A stretch of 36,620 bases of DNA from a virus (IMGVR_UViG_2675903417_000002:1-36620); one strand, 5' to 3'; positions 1 through 10,192 are shown, counted from the first letter of the stretch. The notes: generated from the sequence alone by a model not told the origin. Made by a program: numbers and translations.

Positions 1-228
1 CAATTAAAACAGCAAGTTATCAGTCTAAACAGAACACCAACGGGATGGAGGAGAGACAAAAAATATCCAATGAAACCGTAGCGCGTCAGCATTCAAAAGC
101 GGGGTTTCTTATTTTTACTTCACCAGTAACAAATACACTGTATCATAACTACATAAAAATGATTGTTCTGACTCAGATGAATTTCTTACTCTTGTAGAAT
201 GTCACTTAATGTTATTTATAGGTAAACA

Positions 229-2118
229 ATGAAATCCGAAACGCTAACCATCCAGCAAATTTTCCAAAATCAACGACAATATCGTGTTCCATTCTATCAA
301 CGTGCCTACGTATGGACGCAACGAAACCAATGGTCAGCTTTGCTGGAGGATATCTTCGAAAAAGCACAGAGCCGACTTTCGGGAACAAAACCAACCCCTC
401 ATTTCCTCGGCGCGGTGGTGCTGGAACCTCAACTCAAAAACAGCTTGTTAGGTGTAGATACCATACATATTATTGACGGCCAGCAACGTTTAACCACTCT
501 TCAATATATTCTGGCATCCATTCGATTATCATTGCGTGCTACAGGCCTTTCTGAACTGGAAGGGTTAGTATTGACTTGCTTGAAAAATACAAACGAAGCA
601 ACGATGAGAAATAAAAAGGTAGAATGCTTCAAACTGTGGCCAACTTTTCGAGATCAAACTCATTTTATTCAAAGTCTTAATGTTGATAATATTGACGATC
701 TCCGTAATGTATTTTCTGATAGCTTCACGCAACATGGTACGTTACGTAAACATTTCAACCACCCGCCGTCACTAGAGGCATTATGGTTTTTTACTGAAGC
801 CTTTATAAAATGGATTAAAATAGAAAACCGCTCACCACAAGAAAATGCTGTAGCACTAATTGAGGCTGTCTTGACGGATCTGAAACTGGTAAGCATATTT
901 CTCGAAGCTGAAGATGATGCCCAAATAATTTTTGAAACATTAAATGGGCGAGGAGCGGAACTTCATGCAACGGATCTTATTCGCAACTATATCTTTATGT
1001 GCGCTGAGCATGAAAATATTAATACTATTGAATTATATGAAAATGAGTGGAAGATCTTTGAAGATAAATACTGGTCGGAAAAGCAACGCCGTGGACGTAT
1101 TAATAAACCACGCATGGAGTGGCTTGTACATGCGACATTGCAATCAGAAAGGCAGCGTGAAATTGATCTGTCTCGCCTTTACAATGAGTATCGTGATTAT
1201 GTAAGTAAGGACTTGCCTTCACAACGAGCAGATCTGCAAGTAAAGCGCCTCAAACAATATGCATCACAATATAAAGAATTGGTTGGTGGTTTTGGCACAA
1301 CCCCCATCTCACACTTTGGACATCGCATCGCAGCCTATGATGTGACGACACTCTATCCGCTTGCTTTGTTCATTTCGATAGCTAACATCGCCGATGATGA
1401 GAAAGCAGCCATGTATAATGATCTTGTCTCCTACGTAGTACGAAGAGCCGTATGTGGCCTGACGCCAAAGAATTACAACAATGTATTTATGAATGTATTG
1501 CGACACTTGTCTAAAACGGAAATTTCCAGTATTGAGTTACGTAATATCCTCAATAGCTTAAATGGCGAAGCCTCACGTTGGCCTGGGGACTCAGAATTTC
1601 TCAACGCTTGCATCAATGCTCCACTTTATCCTGGCAGGCTCGACGCACCGAAAATGCGCTCAATGTTAACGGAACTTGAAAGAGAACTTTGTCGCCAAGT
1701 GAAGACAGAAAAGCCTGATGTTCCAAATCTTTCTAATCTCGATATCGATCATCTTATGCCTCAAAGTTGGTATTCCTGTTGGCCTCTCGAAAATGGTCAT
1801 ATGGTGACAAATTCAGATGCTACGGTAATGAACCAAATTGTTCTGTCTGGAACCGATCTTACCCCTGAACAGCTACTGGTAAGGAAACGGCAACAAGCGA
1901 TAGCTACGTTGGGAAATCTAACTTTGCTTAACCTTAGCGTAAACCGTTCCGTTCAGAATGCTGTATTTCTGAAAAAACGTGATGCTCTCATCGTCCACAC
2001 CAATCTACGACTGAACATACCACTTATACTTAAGGATAAATGGGATGAGAGTGAAATACTGGAGCGAGGTAAAAAGTTGGGGGAAATTGCATTGAAAGTA
2101 TGGCCAAAATACGATTAA
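229..2118 (+). CDS. GmrSD-family (DUF262 + DUF1524) type IV restriction endonuclease-like defence protein
   Basis: 629-aa ORF; N-terminal DUF262 motifs (VPFYQRAYVW, IIDGQQRLTTL at nt 475-489) and C-terminal DUF1524 His-Me finger-like motif (DIDHLMPQSW at nt 1741-1770); AGGT RBS before ATG 229; AT-rich relative to the phage structural genes. Confidence 0.7.
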   Translation: MKSETLTIQQIFQNQRQYRVPFYQRAYVWTQRNQWSALLEDIFEKAQSRLSGTKPTPHFLGAVVLEPQLKNSLLGVDTIHIIDGQQRLTTLQYILASIRLSLRATGLSELEGLVLTCLKNTNEATMRNKKVECFKLWPTFRDQTHFIQSLNVDNIDDLRNVFSDSFTQHGTLRKHFNHPPSLEALWFFTEAFIKWIKIENRSPQENAVALIEAVLTDLKLVSIFLEAEDDAQIIFETLNGRGAELHATDLIRNYIFMCAEHENINTIELYENEWKIFEDKYWSEKQRRGRINKPRMEWLVHATLQSERQREIDLSRLYNEYRDYVSKDLPSQRADLQVKRLKQYASQYKELVGGFGTTPISHFGHRIAAYDVTTLYPLALFISIANIADDEKAAMYNDLVSYVVRRAVCGLTPKNYNNVFMNVLRHLSKTEISSIELRNILNSLNGEASRWPGDSEFLNACINAPLYPGRLDAPKMRSMLTELERELCRQVKTEKPDVPNLSNLDIDHLMPQSWYSCWPLENGHMVTNSDATVMNQIVLSGTDLTPEQLLVRKRQQAIATLGNLTLLNLSVNRSVQNAVFLKKRDALIVHTNLRLNIPLILKDKWDESEILERGKKLGEIALKVWPKYD

Positions 2119-2140
2119 TGCAATTAATAAAATGATTATA

Positions 2141-2164
2141 GCGGCCTTACATTAGTAAGGCCGC
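2141..2164. terminator. Stem-loop (9-bp stem gcggcctta/taaggccgc, 6-nt loop) between the convergent defence gene and invertase remnant
   Basis: Perfect inverted repeat read directly; A/T-rich flank on the minus-strand side; no clean T-tract on the plus side. Confidence 0.45.
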
Positions 2165-2343
2165 TACTCACTATTAAATCCTTTAATTTGCATCAAGAAC
2201 AGCACTGTCAGCCCTAGGCTCTCGGACTTTGTACCGCTTATCTTGTCTTCAAAAATCAGCTCGCATCCTGCACAGTTCAACGCATTACGTTGTAGATCTG
2301 TGTTCTGGTCATTTATTGATACGCGTACATAGCCAATAAGCAT
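2164..2343 (-). pseudogene. pin: Degenerate remnant of a Gin/Pin/Hin-family serine DNA invertase (N-terminal ~42 aa conserved, then divergence and stop)
   Basis: Translation MLIGYVRVSINDQNTDLQRNALNCAGCELIFEDKISGT matches the invertase N-terminus including the catalytic Ser region, but the ORF stops after 59 codons where ~185-190 aa is expected; ATG at 2341-2343. Confidence 0.7.
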
Positions 2344-2397
2344 AGTGGATCCCTCTGACAAAAGCAGGAATGATGCCATTTGCTCGTTATTTCTGCA

Positions 2398-2423
2398 TTT
2401 TCATAAACGTTGGTTTGGGAGAA
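2398..2423. other. Left hix/gix-like 26-bp recombination site of the invertible tail-fibre segment
   Basis: Reverse complement reads TTCTCCCAAACC-AA-CGTTTATGAAAA; shares a 16-bp identical core with the site at 4234-4259 in inverted orientation; AAACC-NN-GGTTT-type core as in hix/gix sites. Confidence 0.65.
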
Positions 2424-2948
2424 GGCTCTGCATTACCTGTTGGTGTCCCTGTTCCGTGGCCTTCAGCCACTCCGCCAACAGGCTGGCTGAAATGCAACGG
2501 AGCAGCTTTTTCTGCTGAAGAATACCCGGAACTGGCAAAGGCTTACCCGACAAATAAATTGCCAGATTTACGTGGTGAGTTTATTCGTGGCTGGGATGAC
2601 GGGCGTGGTGTGGATGCGGGACGTGCCTTGCTAAGTCTTCAGGATGACTCTTTTGAAGCGCACAGGCATGAGTCCTTTTTTTACGCGGGTATTTCTCGCA
2701 ATGAAATACCATTAAAAAATCTTCCAAGTTCAGACGAGATGCTGACTTTAAGTTCTACAACTAATGCCTTGTCCCCGGACGGTATTGATGCCACTAATTC
2801 GTTAATTGGTAATGATGATTACAACTGTCTGATTGAAGGAAATAAAAATAACAAACGAACAGCGACGGGGTTGAGCACCAGTATTGTCGGTGCAGCAGAG
2901 ACCCGTCCACGTAATATTTCATTTAATTACATTGTGAGGGCTGCATGA
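2411..2948 (+). CDS. Alternative (currently unfused) tail-fibre C-terminal variable segment
   Basis: ORF 2370..2948 carries the GLGEG crossover-encoded peptide then a tail-fibre/collar-like C-terminus; sits inside the invertible segment in opposite orientation to the expressed fibre gene. Confidence 0.55.
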
Positions 2949-3550
2949 TGTATAACGCCATCTTAAATAATAAATTTATTGCCACAAAGGCAGGAGAGAT
3001 TACCGTTTATAACTATGACAGTGAGACACGGGAGTATATTTCTGCATCAACTGAATATCTTGCTGTGGGTGTCGGTATCCCTGCATATTCCTGTTTAGAT
3101 GCTCCTGACACACATAAGGTTGGTTATGCAATCTGCCGTTCGGCAGATTTAAACTCATGGGAATATGTGCCAGACCATCGCGGTGAAGTTGTCTATAACA
3201 CCGAAACGGGAGAATCAAAAGAAATCACAGCTCCGGGTGATTACCCTGAAAATACAACCACTATCGTCCCGTTAACGCCATACGATAAATGGGATGGTGA
3301 GAAATGGGTGACAGATACTGAGGCACAGCATAGTGCCGCAGTAGACGCGGCAGAAGCACAGCGCCAGTCGCTGATTGATGCTGCAATGGCTTCCATCAGT
3401 CTGATTCAACTGAAATTACAGGCCGGGCGGAAGCTGACGCAGGCAGAAACAACCCGATTTAACGCCGTGCTGGATTACATTGACGCGGTGACGGTAACAG
3501 ATACCAGCACCACGCCGGATGTCATCTGGCCTGAACTGCCGGAGGCGTAG
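2945..3550 (+). CDS. Tail fibre assembly protein (partner of the alternative fibre C-terminus)
   Basis: 201-aa ORF starting [25 protein letters not shown], typical Tfa N-terminus; overlaps preceding ORF by 4 nt. Confidence 0.7.
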   Translation: MMYNAILNNKFIATKAGEITVYNYDSETREYISASTEYLAVGVGIPAYSCLDAPDTHKVGYAICRSADLNSWEYVPDHRGEVVYNTETGESKEITAPGDYPENTTTIVPLTPYDKWDGEKWVTDTEAQHSAAVDAAEAQRQSLIDAAMASISLIQLKLQAGRKLTQAETTRFNAVLDYIDAVTVTDTSTTPDVIWPELPEA

Positions 3551-3950
3551 GCCATTCAATATCGGGTGCTGTTGAAGTATCAACACGCATCAGCAGCACA
3601 CGGTATTTCTTCCATTCGGTGAGAGTTGAAGTTTCTTCATCAGTTGCGATATCAGCATCAACAGCATCCTGACGCCAGGATATTTCACTGTCAGCTTTTT
3701 CCCGTAATTGGGATTTTTTAACTTCAGCAATAGCTATTAATTCCTTTTTGGTCGGCTGAGGAATATCTATCAGTGCTGGTTTTCCATTCAGTGTTCCAAT
3801 CTGTTTTCCTGGTGGAATATCCGTAAATAACTTTTTATGTTCTTCCTCACTGACTATTACACCATCATCAGGCCACAGACCTGATGCCTCAAATTTTTCT
3901 TTCTCCGATATGGGGAAAAAGCCATTTGCTTTAGCGCTCCATACGTACAT
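3522..3950 (-). CDS. Tail fibre assembly protein (partner of the expressed fibre)
   Basis: 142-aa ORF directly downstream of the expressed tail-fibre gene; Tfa-like sequence; convergent with the other Tfa as in Mu G / e14 P segments. Confidence 0.7.
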   Translation of the reverse strand: MYVWSAKANGFFPISEKEKFEASGLWPDDGVIVSEEEHKKLFTDIPPGKQIGTLNGKPALIDIPQPTKKELIAIAEVKKSQLREKADSEISWRQDAVDADIATDEETSTLTEWKKYRVLLMRVDTSTAPDIEWPTPPAVQAR

Positions 3951-3951
3951 A

Positions 3952-4536
3952 TCAATACCCCACCGCTATAATGTCCACATTAAATCCCCCGGGACCTGCC
4001 TGCCAGATGCTGGCCCCTGTTAATGATTTTGTTTGATGAACAACCGCCACATTTGCTGGCGATTGTGTTTCAGTTGTTACAGTACCGATATCATTCCAGT
4101 TAATTGAGATGGAATAGTTCGTTGTTGTAAACGACCGGGGGAAAGTTATGTGTCTTACATTGGTGCCGACAGGAAATCCAAGATAAACACGCTGAATTAT
4201 CATTCCTCCAGGTAACATAACCCAGTTAGCACCTTCTCCCAAACCAAGGTTTTCGAGAGCTGTTTTCACCGTGCCATCCGATTTGATATCGCCAAACGGA
4301 TTCTTGCGGCTTAACAGCAGCGCACGAAGCGCGGTAAGCAGCTGGTCATGCCGCCCCTTCTCCAGGCTGGCACCGGATGCCTCCACAACGCTGCAAAGCT
4401 CCTCCTGCAACATGTCAAAGTAGTCATCATCCAGATCGGTGGCAGGCGTGCCGGTCTGGGGGTTACCACGGGTAAAACCGTTCTTACCCGCGCCGAACTT
4501 ATCCTTCTGCGCGGTTTTCGTGTCTATACGATGCAT
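3952..4536 (-). CDS. Short side tail fibre protein (constant N-terminus fused to the current variable C-terminus)
   Basis: 194-aa ORF; crossover site falls at the NLGLGEG codons; follows the baseplate genes. Confidence 0.7.
   Translation of the reverse strand: MHRIDTKTAQKDKFGAGKNGFTRGNPQTGTPATDLDDDYFDMLQEELCSVVEASGASLEKGRHDQLLTALRALLLSRKNPFGDIKSDGTVKTALENLGLGEGANWVMLPGGMIIQRVYLGFPVGTNVRHITFPRSFTTTNYSISINWNDIGTVTTETQSPANVAVVHQTKSLTGASIWQAGPGGFNVDIIAVGY
4234..4259. other. Right hix/gix-like 26-bp recombination site inside the expressed tail-fibre gene
   Basis: TTCTCCCAAACC-AA-GGTTTTCGAGAG on the plus strand; inverted copy of the site at 2398-2423. Confidence 0.65.
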
Positions 4537-4539
4537 GGA

Positions 4540-5124
4540 TTACTCCGGATATTTAAAAATCACATAGGTATGCGACGGGCAGAGTTTGTTAAGAACACAC
4601 TCGACAACGGTGTCCCCCCAGAAGCGCAGCGCGGAATCACAGGGATCGCCACATGTCATCCAAGTGGTGTTGGTGGTGGCTGGCATGTTGACCTGCCAGT
4701 AATACCGCCATTCAGGCGCGTTCACAGCGTCAGTACAGGCCGATGAGCAGGTGAACGTGCTTTTGTCGTATCGCGTGATGGTAGCGTCTGGTCTGCCCAG
4801 GGCAGCAAGCTGTGCAAGGTAAAAATCCTCGTTGATGCCGCCCGCCAGGTTAACCTTCGCATCCAGCCGTTGCTGACGCTGGCGAAGGGTCTGTGTCCCT
4901 GCGGGAATACATTCATCCGGCAGACCGCACAGACGCTCCCAGCGGTTTATCAGTTCAGTGGTGGTGCGCGGATCCAGCTCCCGCATCAGGGCATCCGCAC
5001 GCTGATGAACGCGGGTTAATGACGGTGCCGCACCGGCAATCGACGGATCGCTGGCTGACCACGCCGGACCGGGGGGCAACAGTGCCGACAACAGACGGAT
5101 GTAATCATCGTTTGTCACGTCCAT
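4540..5124 (-). CDS. Mu gp48-like (DUF2313) tail/baseplate protein
   Basis: 194-aa ORF placed between the baseplate J-like gene and the tail fibre, as in Mu-like and e14-like tails. Confidence 0.6.
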   Translation of the reverse strand: MDVTNDDYIRLLSALLPPGPAWSASDPSIAGAAPSLTRVHQRADALMRELDPRTTTELINRWERLCGLPDECIPAGTQTLRQRQQRLDAKVNLAGGINEDFYLAQLAALGRPDATITRYDKSTFTCSSACTDAVNAPEWRYYWQVNMPATTNTTWMTCGDPCDSALRFWGDTVVECVLNKLCPSHTYVIFKYPE

Positions 5125-6173
5125 GAAATCGTCCCCAGTACCGCCAGTTCATTTTTTGCAATGGAGATATTGTCTGCCGGTGTAAGCAACTGATGGCTGT
5201 ATTCCCCGTTCGCACCGGAAATCGCCTCACTGATACGCGATACCTTCAGTTCTCCCTGCGGATAACCATCACGCAGCAGGAACGAACGCAACTCCGCGGT
5301 GATGGCAGCCCGTATTTCCGGTGTGTCCGGCGTCACGCGGATATGAAAATCCACCGTATGTGCCACCGGCCTGAACACATACAAATCAGAGCCTGCCACC
5401 GGGGCCAGTGGCCCGATATGTTGTCTTGCCGCCGTTTCCGTTGATTCTTCCGGAATGGGATTAATCAGGTCACTGCTGGCAATCATCACACCGACAGTTC
5501 CCGTTCCCATCCAGTGACGGTATGTCCATGCGCGGGTAATGCCGGGCACTTCTTTAGCCCAGACGACATAGTCCCCGTCAGCCCCGCCCTGCGGCGTCCA
5601 GTAATACCGCTCAATGACGCGGGCGCGCCACGTTTCCAGATCTTCAGTATCGAATCCGCCAGTCAGAGTATCTGCAACACCGGAAGACGGCAGACCATTC
5701 ACCGGCGTGACCAGGATTAATGCCGTACCGTCGTCAGCGTTACCGACCGCGCCTGCACTTGAGCAAGTGATCGGCACGCGCAGGACACCACCGGAGCTGG
5801 TTGCATCAGCAGTTGCCGTGTACTGAACCAGGTCATCGCGCTGAATCACGCTCCCGGCAGTCACCTTCAGGCCATCGCTGACACCTTCCCAGCGCATATA
5901 CCCGCTGGCAGCCGTGGCCCCCTTGCGCGGACACCGTTTCATCGCAGCATGTCGCGCCAGCCAGGACTCATCGCACAGGTCAGGCAGCATGTTCATTGCC
6001 AGATAATCGATGTAACCGTAAACCGTATGCAGCGCCGCCGCATACACCTTTGCCCGCACGTCTTCATCCATGCGCCGGAGCGTGTCGCTGACGTCCAGCC
6101 TGGCGAATAAATCGTTACGGAGCATACTGATATTTTCTGCCAGCGTCGGGCGCTGAAATTCACTGTCCGCCAT
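5115..6173 (-). CDS. Baseplate J-like protein (Mu gp47-like)
   Basis: 352-aa ORF; size and position typical of baseplate wedge J family. Confidence 0.65.
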   Translation of the reverse strand: MADSEFQRPTLAENISMLRNDLFARLDVSDTLRRMDEDVRAKVYAAALHTVYGYIDYLAMNMLPDLCDESWLARHAAMKRCPRKGATAASGYMRWEGVSDGLKVTAGSVIQRDDLVQYTATADATSSGGVLRVPITCSSAGAVGNADDGTALILVTPVNGLPSSGVADTLTGGFDTEDLETWRARVIERYYWTPQGGADGDYVVWAKEVPGITRAWTYRHWMGTGTVGVMIASSDLINPIPEESTETAARQHIGPLAPVAGSDLYVFRPVAHTVDFHIRVTPDTPEIRAAITAELRSFLLRDGYPQGELKVSRISEAISGANGEYSHQLLTPADNISIAKNELAVLGTISWT

Positions 6174-6588
6174 GCGTTATCGCACTCCACAGATCATCAA
6201 AAGAAATCATTACCGGTCCGTCACGACGCCAGAGAGTGATACTGTTACCCAGTTCATTAATCCCGGTGCGGCGGATATCCAGATCAATACGGGACACCAC
6301 GCCATCATCAATCATCCATTGCAGGCATTCGCGGATATACCCCCTTACCGTCTGCACCAGCTGATTGGTCAGTTTGCTGCGCTGAAGCAGCCACAGTCGG
6401 GAGCCGTAACGGTCATTCTGTACCGCAGGCCAGGTATCCCCCCACCATCCCATCGGGACGTCGGCGTTGTCATCAGGCTCCGCCCGCCGCCAGGTAAACA
6501 GGGAAATCACCACGGCGCGGGTCAGCGGATCCAGCGGTGCGCTGGCGCAGGTGCGTTTACCGTTCACCGTCAGCCACAGTTCCATCAT
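6160..6588 (-). CDS. Mu gp46-like baseplate protein
   Basis: 142-aa ORF, overlapping neighbours, conserved position in the Mu-like baseplate module. Confidence 0.5.
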   Translation of the reverse strand: MMELWLTVNGKRTCASAPLDPLTRAVVISLFTWRRAEPDDNADVPMGWWGDTWPAVQNDRYGSRLWLLQRSKLTNQLVQTVRGYIRECLQWMIDDGVVSRIDLDIRRTGINELGNSITLWRRDGPVMISFDDLWSAITHGGQ

Positions 6589-7133
6589 GCCTCCATCGCT
6601 TTATCCGGTTTGTCGGTGTTACTGCCCTGACCGTTCTCTCTGTGACTATGCCCGTTATAGGCAAGCCGCATCGCTGACATGGTGGTGCCGCCGGAGTCGC
6701 ACAGGTCTTTCACCTGTCCTGTCACTTCCAGGTCCATTTCAAAACGTGCTTCAGGTGCATTGCGAAACGTGATCGTTTTACCTGCACCGTCCACCACGAT
6801 CCCCTCCCGGGTCAGCGTCACGGACTGCCCCTGATCGTCATAGACAGCCACCTCACCCGTCTGCAGCCCTTTCAGGCGGTAGCGACGGTCCGACACCGTA
6901 ACAACCACCGCATGAGAACGGTCGCCATCCGGAAACAACACCACCGCTTCCGCACCGCTGTTTGCCCTTGCGGTAAAACCGTAGGGTTCAAGATGTTCAA
7001 CCCCGGCTTTGGGTTCACCGGCAATCAGGAACACATCCACGGTCTGACATTTCGTGGCGGCACTGATGCTTTTCACCACGGCCCGCCCAATCAGGCCGAG
7101 GAGTTGTCGCTGCATGGCTTCAATCGTCCTCAT
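6585..7133 (-). CDS. Baseplate assembly protein V / spike (Mu gp45-like)
   Basis: 182-aa ORF, position and size consistent with gpV-like spike. Confidence 0.55.
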   Translation of the reverse strand: MRTIEAMQRQLLGLIGRAVVKSISAATKCQTVDVFLIAGEPKAGVEHLEPYGFTARANSGAEAVVLFPDGDRSHAVVVTVSDRRYRLKGLQTGEVAVYDDQGQSVTLTREGIVVDGAGKTITFRNAPEARFEMDLEVTGQVKDLCDSGGTTMSAMRLAYNGHSHRENGQGSNTDKPDKAMEA

Positions 7134-8212
7134 CAGAACGGGTCCTCCTGTACTCTGGCTTTTTTCTTTTTCCGCGCGCCGGGGGCTTCGGGTTCAGGCA
7201 GATAAGCATCAGGCGGGCCGACACGGATTTCCGTCAGGGTGCCGTTCTGGTCCTGAGTAAACGTGACTTCCGAAACAAGCAGTTCGGTATTGTCGAAACC
7301 ACAGACCGGATCAAAGACAATCACCCGCTGGTTGGGCTGCCACAGCGTACCGTTACCCTGTCGCCAGCCCTGCACCACATAGGTGGTTTCATCCGTCCGC
7401 GCCGCCCGTTGTCGGGCTTCAAAGTCCGCACGGGCAATACAGCCTGCCCCCGTAGCCTGCCCTGTCTGCCTGATATACATCGGACGGTAACGGGCAATAA
7501 ATGCGTCCTCTGTGCGGGCCCGCAGCGCGGTGGTGGTGGCCTCACCGAAATCATCGTCGTTTCCGGCACGCTGCCCCGCCACCTGGTAAACAGAAAACCG
7601 CTCCCGGATACTCTTCTCCGTATCGCAGGAAAGGATGTTTTCCCCGAGTACCAGCGCAGTATGTGCCCGCGTTGAGCCAATACCACCAATCACCAGCCTG
7701 CCGTGCGGGTCGTCGTAAGCCAGTGCCTGCTGCTGACCGAGTATTTTGTTGATTACCTCAATCACCGTTTCACCGTGATCGGGCTGGACGTCAGGAATAA
7801 CACCCGACGGCGCACCGTTGTTCACCCCCTCAATGCCGAAAGGCGCAGCAAGCGCCTGCGCAATCTGTACCAGCGATCGTCCGTTAAACTGTGTCGGTTC
7901 GGCTGCACAGTCAATCAGGTCAGCAGTCAGACTACGTCCGGCAATACCGGTGCTGACCGAACGGGCATCGTAACGAACGGGGGTCGCCTCCACCCAGCCG
8001 GTGATCACCAGCTCATCACCAATCAGCACTTCCACTTTTGAACCATTTTTAATGCGCGGCTGAAGCGTGGTGATACCCTCATCTCCCGGCCACTGGCGGG
8101 TGATCTCCACGCTGAAATCCCGCGCCAGCCGTTCAATACCGGCACCGATGCGCACCGATGTCCAGCCATTCCACTCCCGGCCATTTACCCGTAGCGTGAC
8201 ATTGTCGTTCAT
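7133..8212 (-). CDS. Mu P-like (gp44) baseplate hub / tail protein
   Basis: 359-aa ORF between the DNA circulation protein and gpV-like gene. Confidence 0.55.
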   Translation of the reverse strand: MNDNVTLRVNGREWNGWTSVRIGAGIERLARDFSVEITRQWPGDEGITTLQPRIKNGSKVEVLIGDELVITGWVEATPVRYDARSVSTGIAGRSLTADLIDCAAEPTQFNGRSLVQIAQALAAPFGIEGVNNGAPSGVIPDVQPDHGETVIEVINKILGQQQALAYDDPHGRLVIGGIGSTRAHTALVLGENILSCDTEKSIRERFSVYQVAGQRAGNDDDFGEATTTALRARTEDAFIARYRPMYIRQTGQATGAGCIARADFEARQRAARTDETTYVVQGWRQGNGTLWQPNQRVIVFDPVCGFDNTELLVSEVTFTQDQNGTLTEIRVGPPDAYLPEPEAPGARKKKKARVQEDPF

Positions 8213-9537
8213 TGCACTGGCACCTTCAGAGGGATCACCGGCACAAAGCCGGGATGCGTAATGGCATTACGCCGGATAATGTCCGCGTCACGCGCCGCGT
8301 TATCAAACCAGGTCGCCGCCAGCACCAGCGCGGGTAAAACCTCATCCGGCGTGCGCTGAATGATCCGAGCAGACTGTTCAAGGCGCGTGTTGATATCCGC
8401 ATTCAGATCTGCTTTCACCCGGCGCAGCGCCAGAAACAGCGCATCACTGGTTGTACGGGACAACTCCTTATCAATTGCCATATTCAGTGTGTCGCGAATG
8501 TCGGTCAGTTCTTCCCACGTTGGCAGGTCAACCGTGTTTTTCACCGCCGGTGCATTGTTCAGCACCGGATGCGTGACGGCAGGCCAGCCGGAGCTCTGCG
8601 CGGGTGTTGTTGACTGCCCCACTGCGGCATTCTGCATCACCGCAGAAGTTGTTGGCGCAGGCAATCGGGTAACGGCATACGCCGCTTCGCTGATTGCAGT
8701 CGTACGAAGGGTGCTGGCAACCATGTTACGCTGCTGCGTCGCTGTGGCGGTGGTTTTACTGTCCATTTTCCAGACGCCGCGCGGTTGCAAATCGCTGCCG
8801 AGGCTGACACCAGAAAGCGTTTTGATCATGGTGACCAGGTCGCTGGCGTTACCATAAAGGCGTTTCCCGGTACGCCACATTTTCTGCACCTGCTCAACGA
8901 AATTTTTGCCTGACGATGGCGGCGGCAGAAGTACCGAGATATCCCCCTGCAACAGCCTGGCGGCATCCGATACGGCAGAATCCACCACTTTCATCGCATC
9001 AGAAACATACCCAAGCATTGTGCTGGCATTACCGACGACGTCGTTCTGCACAAAATCCGCCACGCCATCGATACTAAAACCGCTGAAGCTGTTACTGATG
9101 CAGTCATCCAGTGCAGAACAGGATGACATCAGCGCCTGCGCCGTCGCCGCACCTGATGTGGGGTAAGAGAGTTCTCCTGCTTCGACAAACTTCAGGTCAA
9201 AGCGGACAATACGTCCTTCACTCTTCGATGTGCTGACCCGAACTTCTCCGTCAACACAGACTTTCAGCTCACCGTAAGTCGGATGGACAAGCGTGCCGGG
9301 ACCGGGTTTATTCAGCGCGTCAATCAGGCGATCGCGCTGGTCAAAGCAGTCATCTCCCACCACATAAGCCGTGATGGACGGGCGGAAAGTAATTTTCCCC
9401 AGGTCTTCGGTATAGGGTTTGTCGCGGTTCGGGTATTCGTGCGTTTCCACACGACGGCCAGTTCCCGCACTTTCTTCTTCAACCTTAAACGGCACACCTC
9501 GAAATGACGCATCCTGAAGCCTGTCTTTCCACGTCAT
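8209..9537 (-). CDS. DNA circulation protein N-like (Mu gp43-like) tail protein
   Basis: 442-aa ORF immediately downstream of the tape measure region in a Mu-like tail module. Confidence 0.6.
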   Translation of the reverse strand: MTWKDRLQDASFRGVPFKVEEESAGTGRRVETHEYPNRDKPYTEDLGKITFRPSITAYVVGDDCFDQRDRLIDALNKPGPGTLVHPTYGELKVCVDGEVRVSTSKSEGRIVRFDLKFVEAGELSYPTSGAATAQALMSSCSALDDCISNSFSGFSIDGVADFVQNDVVGNASTMLGYVSDAMKVVDSAVSDAARLLQGDISVLLPPPSSGKNFVEQVQKMWRTGKRLYGNASDLVTMIKTLSGVSLGSDLQPRGVWKMDSKTTATATQQRNMVASTLRTTAISEAAYAVTRLPAPTTSAVMQNAAVGQSTTPAQSSGWPAVTHPVLNNAPAVKNTVDLPTWEELTDIRDTLNMAIDKELSRTTSDALFLALRRVKADLNADINTRLEQSARIIQRTPDEVLPALVLAATWFDNAARDADIIRRNAITHPGFVPVIPLKVPVQ

Positions 9538-9558
9538 ATATACTCCGAAAATTAAAAA

Positions 9559-9578
9559 GCCACCTATTAGAAGGTGGC
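9559..9578 (-). terminator. Rho-independent terminator downstream of the AT-rich moron
   Basis: 7-bp stem gccacct/aggtggc with 6-nt loop, followed on the minus strand by a TTTTT run. Confidence 0.55.
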
Positions 9579-9598
9579 CTTGTAATGAATTTTATTAA

Positions 9599-10129
9599 TT
9601 AGCGAGTCAGAAACAACGAATCTTTATACTTTTGCTGTTGTTCATTTAAATACTTAGCTGTTTCATCGCTGGCAAATGGAAATATTACCGTATTTTTAGG
9701 CATGGTAATTTCTTTTTTGTCCAGCGTCAGAGTAAACATAGGAACATACTGAGCAGAGTAACGCACCGCAGAAACGAGCTCTAGTTTAGACTCTTCAATA
9801 ACACTTAAATTATCCAGGCTAACTTTCTCTTCATCTTTTTTCTTTGACGCATTTAAAGTTTTTATTACTTTATTTAATTTCCCCTGAAAATCCTCCTTAA
9901 AGTTTTCAGGATTGCCGTCGACAACAAGAATCTGTTCACCCTGATTATCTGGAAAAATAATCTTTGCACTTATCAATTTATTTTCTTTATAAACATCACC
10001 AAGTTTTATGGCTCCTCCAGATAACTGAATAATATGTTCATCTTTAAAGGAGATGTTGCCAGAGATTATGAGAGATGAAAAAATAGCCGCTGCTCCAAGA
10101 ATTACACTTGCTGTGATATAGCCTTTCAT
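9599..10129 (-). CDS. AT-rich moron: exported or membrane-anchored protein of unknown function
   Basis: 176-aa ORF with hydrophobic N-terminus (SVILGAAAIFSSLIISG), Lys/Glu-rich body; clearly lower GC than the flanking tail genes; own promoter-like and terminator signals. Confidence 0.6.
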   Translation of the reverse strand: MKGYITASVILGAAAIFSSLIISGNISFKDEHIIQLSGGAIKLGDVYKENKLISAKIIFPDNQGEQILVVDGNPENFKEDFQGKLNKVIKTLNASKKKDEEKVSLDNLSVIEESKLELVSAVRYSAQYVPMFTLTLDKKEITMPKNTVIFPFASDETAKYLNEQQQKYKDSLFLTR

Positions 10130-10164
10130 TTTTCGCCTATTAACATTTTTCTAAATGTGCATTA

Positions 10165-10192
10165 ATTCTATCACTCTATTTATGACTTACAA
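10165..10192 (-). promoter_or_regulatory. Sigma70-like promoter for the moron (TTGTAA - 16 bp - TAGAAT)
   Basis: Hexamers read on the minus strand about 36 nt upstream of ATG 10129. Confidence 0.4.

Noticed and set aside
137-156. LexA-box-like sequence CTGTATCATAACTACA upstream of the GmrSD-like gene
   Set aside because: The second half-site is TACA rather than ACAG, so it fails the CTGT-N8-ACAG consensus.
4348-4746. Plus-strand ORF (132 aa) and many similar 60-200 aa ORFs antisense to the tail, baseplate and head genes (for example 6172..6630, 6912..7205, 13093..13509, 15183..15680, 18999..19574)
   Set aside because: They lie fully inside long, well-supported minus-strand structural genes in GC-rich DNA where antisense open frames arise by chance; Arg/Pro-rich low-complexity translations and no RBS context.
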